A stretch of 44,752 nucleotides of DNA from NCBI GenBank assembly GCA_017483125.1, contig JAFULU010000128.1, forward strand, positions 1 through 44,752, in the 5' to 3' direction. The stretch comes from Clostridia bacterium. GTDB taxonomy: Bacteria > Bacillota > Clostridia > Oscillospirales > CAG-272. This document shows, one piece after another, positions 1 through 8,463 of this stretch. The notes beneath the pieces are model-generated. The model was not told the origin of the DNA and did no database searches. It worked only from the letters and a program-made list of their open reading frames with translations. Within the stretch, counting starts at the first letter, position 1, and every line of letters starts with the position of its first letter. The translations under genes were made by a program, and so were the position numbers.

Positions 1-1260
1 CGTGGCGCTCCTGGCGTGGGCGGAGAGGCCCTCCCGCTCGGCAAAATAGGCCACCTTGTCGGCCACCTTGGCGAGAGCGTCGCGGGTGTAGTAGGTGACC
101 TGGGACTTCTTGACGAAGTCGTCCACCGACAGGGGAGAGGAGAAGCGGGCGGTGCCGCTGGTGGGCAGGGTGTGGTTGGGGCCCGCGAAGTAGTCTCCCA
201 GGGCCTCGGGGCAGTACTTGCCCATGAAGATGGAGCCGGCGTGCTTGACCTTGTCCAGGTAGTCGAAGGGATTGTCCATGGACAGCTCCAGATGCTCGGG
301 AGCGATCTCGTTGGCGATGTCGATGGCCAGCATGAGGTTGCCCTCGGCCACGATGATCTTGCCGTTCTTGTCGATGGACTCGCGGGCGATGTCGGCGCGG
401 GGGAGCAGGGGGATCTGGCGCTCCAGCTCGGCGGAGACGGCCTCGGCCAGCTCGTAGGTATCGGTGACCAGTACGGCGGAGGCCATGCGGTCGTGCTCGG
501 CCTGGGACAAAAGATCGGCGGCCACGAACTTGGGGTCGCAGGTAGCGTCGGCCACCACCAAAATCTCGCTGGGGCCCGCGATCATGTCAATGGAGACTCT
601 ACCGAAGACCTGCTTCTTGGCCTCGGCCACGTAGGCGTTCCCGGGGCCCACGATCTTATCCACGCGGGGCACGCTCTCGGTGCCGTAGGCCAGGGCGGCG
701 ATGGCTTGCGCTCCGCCCATCTTGAAGATACGGGTCACACCCGCCACCTTGGCGGCGGCGAGAATGACGGGGTTGACCTTGCCCGACGCGGAGGGGGGCG
801 TCACCATGACGATCTCGGAGCAGCCCGCGATCTTGGCGGGGATGGCGTCCATCAGCACGGTGGAGGGGTAAGCGGCGGTGCCGCCGGGGACGTAGAGGCC
901 CACCTTCTCAATGGGGGTCACCTTCTGACCCACCACCACGCCGTCCTTTTCGCTGATGATGAAGCTGTTTCTGACCTGCTTTTCATGGAAGGCGCGAATG
1001 TTGACGGCGGCCTCGCGGAGGATATCCAGGAACTCGGGGGCAACGGATGCCACGGCCTCCTCGATCTCCTCGGGGGTGACCTCCAGAGAGGTCAGATCGG
1101 CCTTGTCGAACTTTTTGGCGTAGGCGTACAGAGCCTTGTCACCGTTCTCGATCACGTCGGCGATGATGCCTGTCACCACGCCTTCTACGTTGGATGCGAT
1201 ATTGTCACGGGCGAATATCTCGTCGTTGGATACCTCGCCGTACTTGTAGATTTTAATCAT
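1..1260 (-). CDS. hisD: Histidinol dehydrogenase (3' end just outside window)
   Basis: Not in ORF track (open at window edge). Read manually from ATG at 1260: MIKIYKYGEVSNDEIFARDNIAS...GLYVPGGTAAYPSTVLM...IVGPGNAYVAEAKK...IDMIAGPSEI...LLSQAEHD...AEREGLSAHARSAT; overlaps hisG stop. Confidence 0.95.
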   Translation of the reverse strand, partial: MIKIYKYGEVSNDEIFARDNIASNVEGVVTGIIADVIENGDKALYAYAKKFDKADLTSLEVTPEEIEEAVASVAPEFLDILREAAVNIRAFHEKQVRNSFIISEKDGVVVGQKVTPIEKVGLYVPGGTAAYPSTVLMDAIPAKIAGCSEIVMVTPPSASGKVNPVILAAAKVAGVTRIFKMGGAQAIAALAYGTESVPRVDKIVGPGNAYVAEAKKQVFGRVSIDMIAGPSEILVVADATCDPKFVAADLLSQAEHDRMASAVLVTDTYELAEAVSAELERQIPLLPRADIARESIDKNGKIIVAEGNLMLAIDIANEIAPEHLELSMDNPFDYLDKVKHAGSIFMGKYCPEALGDYFAGPNHTLPTSGTARFSSPLSVDDFVKKSQVTYYTRDALAKVADKVAYFAEREGLSAHARSAT

Positions 1261-1882
1261 GGGCTTCTACCTGGGCTTTCATATAGGATGTGATTTTCTC
1301 GATCTCCGCGGTCTTGAAGCGGAAGGAGGCTTTGTTGCAGATGAGGCGGGCCGAGATGGGGAGGATGGTCTCCTTGACCTCCAGGTCATTCTCCACCAGA
1401 GTCTTGCCCGTCTCCACGATGTCCACGATGACGTCGGACAGCCCCAGGATGGGGGCGATCTCGATGGAGCCGTTGAGCTTGATGATGTCGATCTCACGGC
1501 ACTTGGAGGCGTAGTAGCGGGCGGCGATATTGGTGAACTTGGTGGCCACGCGGAGGGTGCGCTGACCGTCGTCGTAAAAGTCCCTCTTGGTGGCCACCGC
1601 CATACGGCACTTGCCGAGGTTCAGGTCCAGCAGCTCGAAGACGTCGGGCTCGTATTCCAACAGAATATCCTTACCTGCCACGCCGATGTCGGCGGCGCCT
1701 CGCTCCACGTAGATGGCCACGTCGGAGGGCTTGACCCAGAAGTAGCGGACTCCTGCCTCGGGGTTCTCAAAAATGAGCTTGCGGGAGGGCTCCAGCAGGG
1801 CGGGGCACTCATAGCCCGCCTCGGCGAACATGGCGTAGACCTTTTCACCCAGTCTGCCCTTGGGAAGAGCGATATTGATCAT
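1253..1882 (-). CDS. hisG: ATP phosphoribosyltransferase, short form (HisGS)
   Basis: MINIALPKGRL, ADIGVAGKDIL, VATKF, GSIEIAPILGLSDVIVDIVETGKTL motifs; start trimmed to ATG 1882 behind AAAGGAGG RBS; 209 aa, lacks C-terminal regulatory domain, consistent with a hisZ partner. Confidence 0.95.
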   Translation of the reverse strand: MINIALPKGRLGEKVYAMFAEAGYECPALLEPSRKLIFENPEAGVRYFWVKPSDVAIYVERGAADIGVAGKDILLEYEPDVFELLDLNLGKCRMAVATKRDFYDDGQRTLRVATKFTNIAARYYASKCREIDIIKLNGSIEIAPILGLSDVIVDIVETGKTLVENDLEVKETILPISARLICNKASFRFKTAEIEKITSYMKAQVEAHD

Positions 1883-2985
1883 CTTGTCTCCTCCTTTCGC
1901 AGGTCGCACAGGGCGGCGTAGCGGAGCTTTTCGGGGATGCTTCGCTGGGCGGATACCGTCTTGCCCTGGTTGCGGAGGGCTTCTACCTTGGCGGTGACGG
2001 CCGAGACCGGTACGGTCTCATCATACAGCACCAGCATATCCACATCGTAGGCGGGAGCGGTGTGAGGCAGTCCCTCCAAGAGGTCAAGGTACAGGGCAAA
2101 GCCGATGGCCCCCGACCTGCGTCCCATGCGCTTCATGAGCTTGTTGTACTGACCGCCCGACAGCACACACTCGCAGATGCCGTCCAGGTAGCCGCAGAAC
2201 ACCACGCCGTTGTAGTAGGACATATCGTTCATGATGGAGAAATCGAACCGCACGCGGCTTCCGTAGGGGGTGGCCTTCAGGTGATCCCGCAGGGCGGTCA
2301 GCTCGGAGATGGCCACTGAGACCGCCTCGTAGCGGCGGGCCAGAGGAGCCAGACGGGTCAGCACCGTATCCATGTCACCGTAAATGCTCACGAAATCCCG
2401 CAGGGCGGCGGTGTCGGTCTCGCTGACCCCCGCCTCGGCGCAGATGCGGCCCAGATCGTGGGTGTTCTTCTCCGAGATACAGCGGGCGATCTCACGGCGC
2501 ATGTTCGTGTCGGCGGTGATCTCGTCCAGCATGGCGGAGAGGATGCCCATGTGGGAAATATCCAGCGCGTAATTCTCGCTGACGGTGGCCAGGGAAGCGG
2601 CGGCCAGAGTCACCACCTCGCAGACGTCGTAGCTGTCCAGATCCCCGATGCACTCCAGACCCGTTTGCAGGATCTCCTTGAACTGATGGGTGCTCCCCGA
2701 CACGCGATAGACGTTCTCGTTGTAGCAGACCTTCTGCTTTTCCCCGGGGCGGTCCTCCCCGTTCTTGATGATGGAGAGGGTGACGTCGGGCTTGAGGGCC
2801 AGGAGCTTCCCCCCCACGTCGGTGAAGGTGATGATACGGTCGCTGACCAGAAAATCCTTGTTGCGGACGTAGAGGTCATACTCCTCAAATTTGCTCATTT
2901 TAAAGGGCAGATACCCGTAGCCGCGGTAGAGAGAGCGCAGAGCGAATACGGCTCTCTCCTCGGGCTTGAGATAGGTGGTGTTCAT
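1879..2985 (-). CDS. hisZ: ATP phosphoribosyltransferase regulatory subunit
   Basis: HisRS-like motifs LALKPDVTLSI, QTGLECIG, YYNGVVF, LSGGQY, AIGF; directly upstream of short hisG; AGGAG RBS before ATG 2985. Confidence 0.92.
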   Translation of the reverse strand: MNTTYLKPEERAVFALRSLYRGYGYLPFKMSKFEEYDLYVRNKDFLVSDRIITFTDVGGKLLALKPDVTLSIIKNGEDRPGEKQKVCYNENVYRVSGSTHQFKEILQTGLECIGDLDSYDVCEVVTLAAASLATVSENYALDISHMGILSAMLDEITADTNMRREIARCISEKNTHDLGRICAEAGVSETDTAALRDFVSIYGDMDTVLTRLAPLARRYEAVSVAISELTALRDHLKATPYGSRVRFDFSIMNDMSYYNGVVFCGYLDGICECVLSGGQYNKLMKRMGRRSGAIGFALYLDLLEGLPHTAPAYDVDMLVLYDETVPVSAVTAKVEALRNQGKTVSAQRSIPEKLRYAALCDLRKEETR

Positions 2986-3003
2986 AGGATGACTCCTTGA
3001 GTT

Positions 3004-3549
3004 GAAATGCAAAATGCAAAATGCAAAATTTATGAAGACTTTCGCTTAGGCGAAAGACAATCTTTGGGTATGGTCCATACATCAGGATACCCGAGAGGGG
3101 ACGTCCCATAGAAGTGTGTGTGGAACTTTTTTCTTCTCTCAATTACTTGATTATTGAATTGGGTTTTTCTTGCAAATAGCCGTAAGAAGAGCGATAATCT
3201 CTTTCGTGTCTGTTTCCACACTGAAAAACTGTTGGTCGGTCAGGTAATCGGTTGCGTGAAGTAACCGAAGCCAGTATCTTGTCTCGTTCGCTTCCTTAAG
3301 AGCAATATTCATCTTTGCGTAGAAATCCGCTGAAGATTGTGCTTTTTCTGCTTCTGCAATGTTGGCACCTATGCTTGTTCCGCTACGTAGAAGCTGTTTA
3401 GAAAGAACAAATTCTTTCTTACTGTCAGTCATGAAGCGGTACAGCTTAACGACTCTGATAGCAAAATGAAAGCTCTTTTCGTAGATCACATTCATGCGGG
3501 CTTATTCCTCGTTCTCCGATTTTGCATTTTGCATTTTTCATTTTGAATT
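3004..3549. mobile_element. Heptamer-array-bracketed cassette carrying a four-helix-bundle gene
   Basis: (AAAATGC)n at 3004-3030 and the inverted (ATTTTGC)n at 3519-3549 flank a low-GC ORF inside the his operon; CTTTCGC-ttag-GCGAAAG hairpin at 3039-3056. Mobility is inferred. Confidence 0.6.
3151..3495 (-). CDS. Four helix bundle protein (23S rRNA IVS-protein-like family)
   Basis: 114 aa with family signature KSFHFAIRVV...QLLRSGTSIGANIAEA...S.ADF..KMNIALKEANETRYWLRLL; visibly lower GC than neighbours. Confidence 0.9.
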   Translation of the reverse strand: MNVIYEKSFHFAIRVVKLYRFMTDSKKEFVLSKQLLRSGTSIGANIAEAEKAQSSADFYAKMNIALKEANETRYWLRLLHATDYLTDQQFFSVETDTKEIIALLTAICKKNPIQ

Positions 3550-3822
3550 TATGGCGATAGACAGCTTGTAGCCCCCCGCGCCGTATTCCAGACACTTGGA
3601 CACACGGCTGATGGTGGCGGTGCTCATGCCGGTCTCGCGGCTGATATCGGCGTAGTTGGCCCCCGCCGAGAGCATACCCGCGGCCTTGAGGCGCTGGGAA
3701 ATATCCAGGATCTCCTTGACGGTGCAGGCGTCCTCAAAGAAGGCGTAGCACTCGTCTCTGTCCTTCAGGGACAGGATGGCGTCGAACAGGGCGTCCACGT
3801 CGGGATTGTGAAGAGGTTTCAT
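3538..3822 (-). CDS. yerC: TrpR-like YerC/YecD protein, probable his-operon repressor (HisR)
   Basis: LFDAILSL..DECYAFFEDACTVKEI..ISQRL...GMSTATISRVSKCLEYG.GGY is the YerC signature; first gene of the his operon. Confidence 0.88.
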   Translation of the reverse strand: MKPLHNPDVDALFDAILSLKDRDECYAFFEDACTVKEILDISQRLKAAGMLSAGANYADISRETGMSTATISRVSKCLEYGAGGYKLSIAINSK

Positions 3823-3857
3823 AGTGTCCTTGCCGATGGCCTCGGCGTCTCCTTTAT

Positions 3858-3877
3858 CACTTTAGTGTGGTAAAAAC
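3858..3877. promoter_or_regulatory. Candidate HisR (YerC) operator
   Basis: Imperfect palindrome CACTTTAGTGTGGTAAAAAC just downstream of the his promoter start region; resembles the CACTTTA-N6-TAAAGTG-type HisR motif as I recall it. Confidence 0.55.
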
Positions 3878-3886
3878 TATTGCACC

Positions 3887-3915
3887 ATTATAATACAAAT
3901 CGTCGGTTTTGTCAA
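3887..3915 (-). promoter_or_regulatory. SigA promoter of his operon
   Basis: Minus strand TTGACA (3915-3910) - 17 nt - TATAAT (3892-3887), perfect consensus. Confidence 0.85.
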
Positions 3916-4031
3916 GCCTTTCCCGAAAAGCAGTTTGCACGAAAAGCAGGGCTTGGTTTTGTGCGAGGTGACGAAACTGTTGCGTGCGACCGAAATCTGA
4001 CTCATCCTTATATATTATTCACGAAAAATCC

Positions 4032-4060
4032 TTGCAATTTGCGAGGGGTTATGCTATAAT
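4032..4060 (+). promoter_or_regulatory. SigA promoter for lipoprotein gene
   Basis: TTGCAA - 17 nt - TATAAT with extended TG. Confidence 0.75.
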
Positions 4061-4159
4061 AGTACCATATAAGCCGGCGGGACACCTGTTTGGAGGCATT
4101 CTCTCCCCGTGACCGCCCGCTCATACCCCGACTCCGGGGCCTCAGAAAGGAGACCATCC

Positions 4160-7100
4160 ATGAAGCGCAGAAGCATTCTGATCCTTATCGCGCTGTTGAC
4201 CCTCACCCTCTGTCTGGGCCTTGCCGCCTGCAGAGGTGACGATCCCACAGCCGACACCACCGACGCCCCCACTTCCCCCGATACTCCCGACGAGAGCGGG
4301 GAAGCACCCACCGACGAGAGCACCGAGGCCCCCACTGAGGTCCCTACCGAGGAGCCCGAGCCCGATCCCGTCCCCGAGCCCATCAACCGCTCTGAGTATC
4401 CCAAGGAGCAGGCGGGTGCCAAGTCCGAGGTGGTGCTGAAGGCCGCCGACTTCGGGGTCAAGGGTGACGGCGTGACCAACGACGGTCCCGCCATTGGCCG
4501 CGCCATTGAGGCCGCCATGGAGCAGCAGGCTACCCTGCAGTTTGAGTCGGGTAAGGTCTACTACATCGGCTCCACAGACCGCAGCGCGGGTCCCTTCGGC
4601 TCTCCCTTTGCCATGCAGGGCGCTGACGGCGTCACCGTGGACGGCGGCGGCTCTGTGTTCCGCTTCGCCCCCGGTATCAGCTATTTCGCTATGACCGATA
4701 ACAGGGATGTCCGCATCTGCAACATGAAGCTGGATCTGTCGGTGTCCCCCTACCTTGTGGGTACCGTCAAGGCGGTGAACGGCGCGTACGTCACCTACAC
4801 CACCGACATCGAGCCCAACCAGGGCTTCAACGACAGCCGCGGCTACACCAATTTCTCCATTGAGTACAACGAGGGCAAGCAGGAGAGACCTCACCGGTTC
4901 ATCAACACCATGACCAAAACCGCCTCCAAGGAGATCAAGGTGGAGTACCAGACCGAGAGCCACGGTTACGCCGTGGGGGACAAGGTGTTCGTCCCCAATC
5001 CCGGCATTGGTAACGCCCTGAGCGAGATCATGTACATCGCCTCCAACACGGGCTGTATGGTCTTTGAGAACATCGAGGTCTGGGCGGCCCCCAGCTTCAT
5101 CGCCAATATCCGCGATAACGACGCCGAGCTCTACTTCGAGAACGTGGACTACATCCCCGGCGAGGAGAATGACCGCGAGATCAAGATGGTCTCCTGGCGC
5201 GACGGCTACCACGTCAAGGATAACCGCCGTCCCATCCATTGGAACGAGTGCGACGTGGGGGTTCTGTTCGACGACGTCTTCAACGTCAGCAACACCCTCG
5301 GCTACATCACCTCGGTCAAGAACGGCAACCAGATGACCGTCACCCAGTACGAGATGTACACCCACGGCTCCTACCATCCCTTCAACTGCCGCGTGGGCGA
5401 CGTCATCGAGGTGTTCAGCACCAAGGGCGTGTACGCGGGTCTGGCCACCGTTCGCCGCGTGACCCAAAACTCCAACGGCACCACGGATCTGGTGCTGGAG
5501 TACGGCGACAACCTCAAGAAGATGGAAACGGGCTGGCTGGTGGGCAACCGCGACACCTGCGCCCCCGGCTCCACCGTCACCAACTCCCGCTTCACGGGTA
5601 CCTTCCGCTTCCGCCGCGATATCCGCATCGAGAACTGCGTCTTCGATATGCTCATCACCTGGATCCGTGAGGACGGCAGCGTGGAGGGCCCCATTCCCGG
5701 TAACATCGACTACGTGGGCTGCACCTTCAACGGAGGCAGTCTCGACATCGGCGCGGCGGGCACCTCGGTGAGATCCGCCATGAAGGACATCGGCTTCTGG
5801 GGCTGTACCTTCAACGACGGGGCCAAGATCGCCAAGGGCCGTAACGTCACGGTCACCGAGGCCGACACCTGGACCGAGGAGGAGCTGTACACCTACAAGA
5901 ACCGCAAGCTGACCAAGGTTCCCGTGAACGTGGTGCCCACCGAAATGGACCTCGTCAACACCGTCACCTACGACTGGTCCTACATCCGTATGCAGGTGGA
6001 GGGCGGTAAGCTTCTGTCCCTTTCCAAGCTGGAGGATACCGCCATCCGCGAAAAGCTTCTGGCCAACGACGGCTTTGCCGACCGTGTGCTGGTGCTGACG
6101 GGCGGTGAGAACGGCACCCGCTACCTGCTGGGCGGTCTGTCCGCCGAGTTCCTCCCCGGGTTCCACGCCGAGGGCAAGTCCTATATGTTCTCCATCAACT
6201 ACTACGCCACCGCCGCGGGCGGTACCGCGGGCTTCCTCAAGGGAGACACCGCCACCGCCGTCAAGAGTAATCTCTTCGACACGGCCAACGCCATCGGGAA
6301 CGCCGCCTGCCTCTACAACCCCGAGGAGGGTGCTACGGGCTTCTATATCGAGGTTCCCGCGGGGGCTACGGTGTATATCGGTAAGGTCAATATCACCGCC
6401 ACCTCCTCCAAGAACCCCTCCACGGATCAGCTCTACAACGGCCATACCTTCATCTGGTCCAAGGATCTGACCATCGGTAAGAAGGGCGAGGCCCTGACCT
6501 ACGACGCCATTTCCGACGAGACCGTGAGAAATGCCATCCTGAACGCCGAGAGCGGCTTTACCTCGGGCGTGGTGCTCCACGTCAATGGCGCTATGGGCGA
6601 TTTCACGGGCTTTACCGACAAGGAATACTACGTGCAGGGCAAGACCTACCACCTCTCCATCGACGCCTACATCGCCTCCCCCATGGTTCCTCAGGACGGC
6701 ACCAAGATCTACCTCCTGGCCATGGACGATACCCCCGGCAACCGCTTGCTGGCCGAGGGCCTGTTCACGGGTGAGGGCTTCTACCACTTCGAGATGGACT
6801 GGACCGTGGGCAGTACCGGGGAGAAGAGCCTCAAGTTCTTCATCAACAATACCCCCGCCGCCTATGCCGACATCTACATCGGTGACTTCACCGTCACCAT
6901 GGCCAAGTCCCTCAAGCCCGACGTCTTCCTCTCCCGCAACGACTTCCACACCCTCACCCAGGAGGAGCTGAAGGCGGGCTACACCTTCGACTTCACCGAG
7001 GGCAAGCTTATGGATACGGGTGTTCTCGCCTACGCCTCCACCGCCCTTCTGCCCGAGAAGACCGCCACGCTCCTGCGCGAGAACGGCTTCGGGGATACCT

Positions 7101-7432
7101 TCTACTACGCCAACGAGAACTTTACCTTCGGCTCTCTGCCCAACAATCTGACGGGCGGCCGCAAGCTCCGCATTACCATGCAGGTCTACGACGTGCTGGG
7201 TAATCTGGCCAACACCCTGCCCCGCGGTGCCTTCGTCATGCTCCATATGCAGGGTGGCGTCCAGAACTCCGCCGAGGTCAGCTACAAGATCGAGACGGAT
7301 CCCGACAACAGCCGACTGCTGACCGTCACCTTTGATACCAACACCCCCGGCGGTACCGACGATCTGTTGTTCTACGGCCTGACCACCGTGGAGTATCTGA
7401 TCGGGTCTATCACCATCCAGCAGTTGAATTGA
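4160..7432 (+). CDS. Large lipoprotein with parallel beta-helix glycoside hydrolase-like domain (GH110-like) and repeated C-terminal modules
   Basis: Start at ATG 4160 after GAAAGGAG; lipobox LAAC; T/E/P-rich linker; DFGVKGDGVTND beta-helix N-cap; DGYH...DDVFNV resembles GH110 catalytic motif. Confidence 0.7.
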   Translation: MKRRSILILIALLTLTLCLGLAACRGDDPTADTTDAPTSPDTPDESGEAPTDESTEAPTEVPTEEPEPDPVPEPINRSEYPKEQAGAKSEVVLKAADFGVKGDGVTNDGPAIGRAIEAAMEQQATLQFESGKVYYIGSTDRSAGPFGSPFAMQGADGVTVDGGGSVFRFAPGISYFAMTDNRDVRICNMKLDLSVSPYLVGTVKAVNGAYVTYTTDIEPNQGFNDSRGYTNFSIEYNEGKQERPHRFINTMTKTASKEIKVEYQTESHGYAVGDKVFVPNPGIGNALSEIMYIASNTGCMVFENIEVWAAPSFIANIRDNDAELYFENVDYIPGEENDREIKMVSWRDGYHVKDNRRPIHWNECDVGVLFDDVFNVSNTLGYITSVKNGNQMTVTQYEMYTHGSYHPFNCRVGDVIEVFSTKGVYAGLATVRRVTQNSNGTTDLVLEYGDNLKKMETGWLVGNRDTCAPGSTVTNSRFTGTFRFRRDIRIENCVFDMLITWIREDGSVEGPIPGNIDYVGCTFNGGSLDIGAAGTSVRSAMKDIGFWGCTFNDGAKIAKGRNVTVTEADTWTEEELYTYKNRKLTKVPVNVVPTEMDLVNTVTYDWSYIRMQVEGGKLLSLSKLEDTAIREKLLANDGFADRVLVLTGGENGTRYLLGGLSAEFLPGFHAEGKSYMFSINYYATAAGGTAGFLKGDTATAVKSNLFDTANAIGNAACLYNPEEGATGFYIEVPAGATVYIGKVNITATSSKNPSTDQLYNGHTFIWSKDLTIGKKGEALTYDAISDETVRNAILNAESGFTSGVVLHVNGAMGDFTGFTDKEYYVQGKTYHLSIDAYIASPMVPQDGTKIYLLAMDDTPGNRLLAEGLFTGEGFYHFEMDWTVGSTGEKSLKFFINNTPAAYADIYIGDFTVTMAKSLKPDVFLSRNDFHTLTQEELKAGYTFDFTEGKLMDTGVLAYASTALLPEKTATLLRENGFGDTFYYANENFTFGSLPNNLTGGRKLRITMQVYDVLGNLANTLPRGAFVMLHMQGGVQNSAEVSYKIETDPDNSRLLTVTFDTNTPGGTDDLLFYGLTTVEYLIGSITIQQLN

Positions 7433-7451
7433 TCCAACACCCCTACCCCTT

Positions 7452-7483
7452 GGGACGGCAGAAATGCCGTCCCGCGTTTTTTT
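7452..7483 (+). terminator. Rho-independent terminator
   Basis: GGGACGGCA-gaaa-TGCCGTCCC followed by a T7 run. Confidence 0.85.
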
Positions 7484-7603
7484 GAAAAAAGTTTTAAGAA
7501 AACGGACAGAATCCGAAAATTTTCCTGTCCTTGTAGATGGACGGCTGATAAAGAGCCGTTCACGGTGAACGCGTTCATTCAGAGTGTATCGGTCTCATGG
7601 GAT

Positions 7604-7862
7604 TTCAAATTTGGGTTTGTCGGTGGGTTGGGTTTCCTCGTTCTATGCCTTCCCCAGCGGGGAAGGGGGACCGCAAAGCGGTGGATGAGGAGAGCAAGTT
7701 TCCGCTCGGTATCGGGTATGATTTTTCTTGGTATATCAAGGGGTTTCCGTATACATCCGTACGAAAAAACAAACCCGCTCTCCTCATCCACCACCTACGG
7801 TGGTCCCCCTTCCCCGCTGGGGAAGGCTCACGAGGAAACCCACCGCTAAACCCCAATTTGAA
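7604..7862. mobile_element. MITE/REPIN-like palindromic element (copy A)
   Basis: 24-bp imperfect terminal inverted repeats (TTCAAATTTGGGTTTGTCGGTGGG / CCCACCGCTAAACCCCAATTTGAA) enclosing an inverted REP doublet at 7647-7695 and 7777-7827. Confidence 0.75.
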
Positions 7863-7920
7863 GCCCTCCCGACCGTATACAAATCAATTTTTCGGGGGAC
7901 GCCCCGAGAAAGGAGAGACC

Positions 7921-8463
7921 ATGACCGACAGCGACATCATCCGCCTGTTCTTCGACCGTGACGAGCAGGCCATCGCCGAGACGGCGGAAAAGTACGGCAA
8001 ATACTGCATGACCATCGCCCGGGACATCCTGGACAGCGAGCAGGACGCCGAGGAGTGTGTCAGCGACGTCTACCTCAAGGCGTGGAACAGCATCCCGCCC
8101 GACGAGCCTGCCTCCCTCAAGGCCTATATCGCCGTCCTGACCCGCCGCCTGTCCATCAACCGCTACCACGAGAGCCGCGCCGCCAAGCGCAACCGGGAGC
8201 TGGAGGTGGCCTTTGAGGAGCTGGAGGCCTGCATCCCCGCTCCCGAGGAGGCGGCGGAGGAGCTGCCCGAGCTGCTCAACGAATTCCTGGCGGGGCTGAA
8301 GGAAACCGACCGCCGCCTCTTCGTCCGCCGCTACTGGTACGCCATGATGCCCGCCGAGCTGGCAAAGCGCGAGGGCATGACCGTCAACGCCGTCACGGTG
8401 AGGCTCTACAAGACGAGAAACAAGCTCCGAAAATTTTTGGAAGAAAGGGGTTATAAAGTATGA
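7921..8463 (+). CDS. ECF RNA polymerase sigma factor
   Basis: MTDSDIIRLFFDRDEQAI...DAEECVSDVYLKAWNSIPP...DRRLFVRRYWY...VTVRLYKTRNKLRKFLE; GAAAGGAG RBS before ATG 7921 (the ORF-track extension runs through the repeat element). Confidence 0.92.
   Translation: MTDSDIIRLFFDRDEQAIAETAEKYGKYCMTIARDILDSEQDAEECVSDVYLKAWNSIPPDEPASLKAYIAVLTRRLSINRYHESRAAKRNRELEVAFEELEACIPAPEEAAEELPELLNEFLAGLKETDRRLFVRRYWYAMMPAELAKREGMTVNAVTVRLYKTRNKLRKFLEERGYKV

Noticed and set aside
3151-3495. Avd-like gene suggesting a diversity-generating retroelement
   Set aside because: No reverse transcriptase and no TR/VR pair with adenine-specific mismatches in the window; the YcxB 3' near-repeats differ at third codon positions, not in an A-specific way.
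4066-4150. GC-rich 5' leader as a riboswitch
   Set aside because: Some pairing potential but no recognisable aptamer motif or terminator/antiterminator pair.
4142-7246. Very long antisense ORFs (also 16-1293, 9657-11357, 20163-21959, 22146-24488, 24628-26859, 32116-34095, 39589-42096)
   Set aside because: Shadow frames opposite recognisable high-GC3 genes; no RBS or family motifs.
7565-7961. Small ORFs overlapping element A and the N-terminal extension of the sigma ORF
   Set aside because: They are translations of the palindromic repeat; the real sigma start has its own RBS at 7921.
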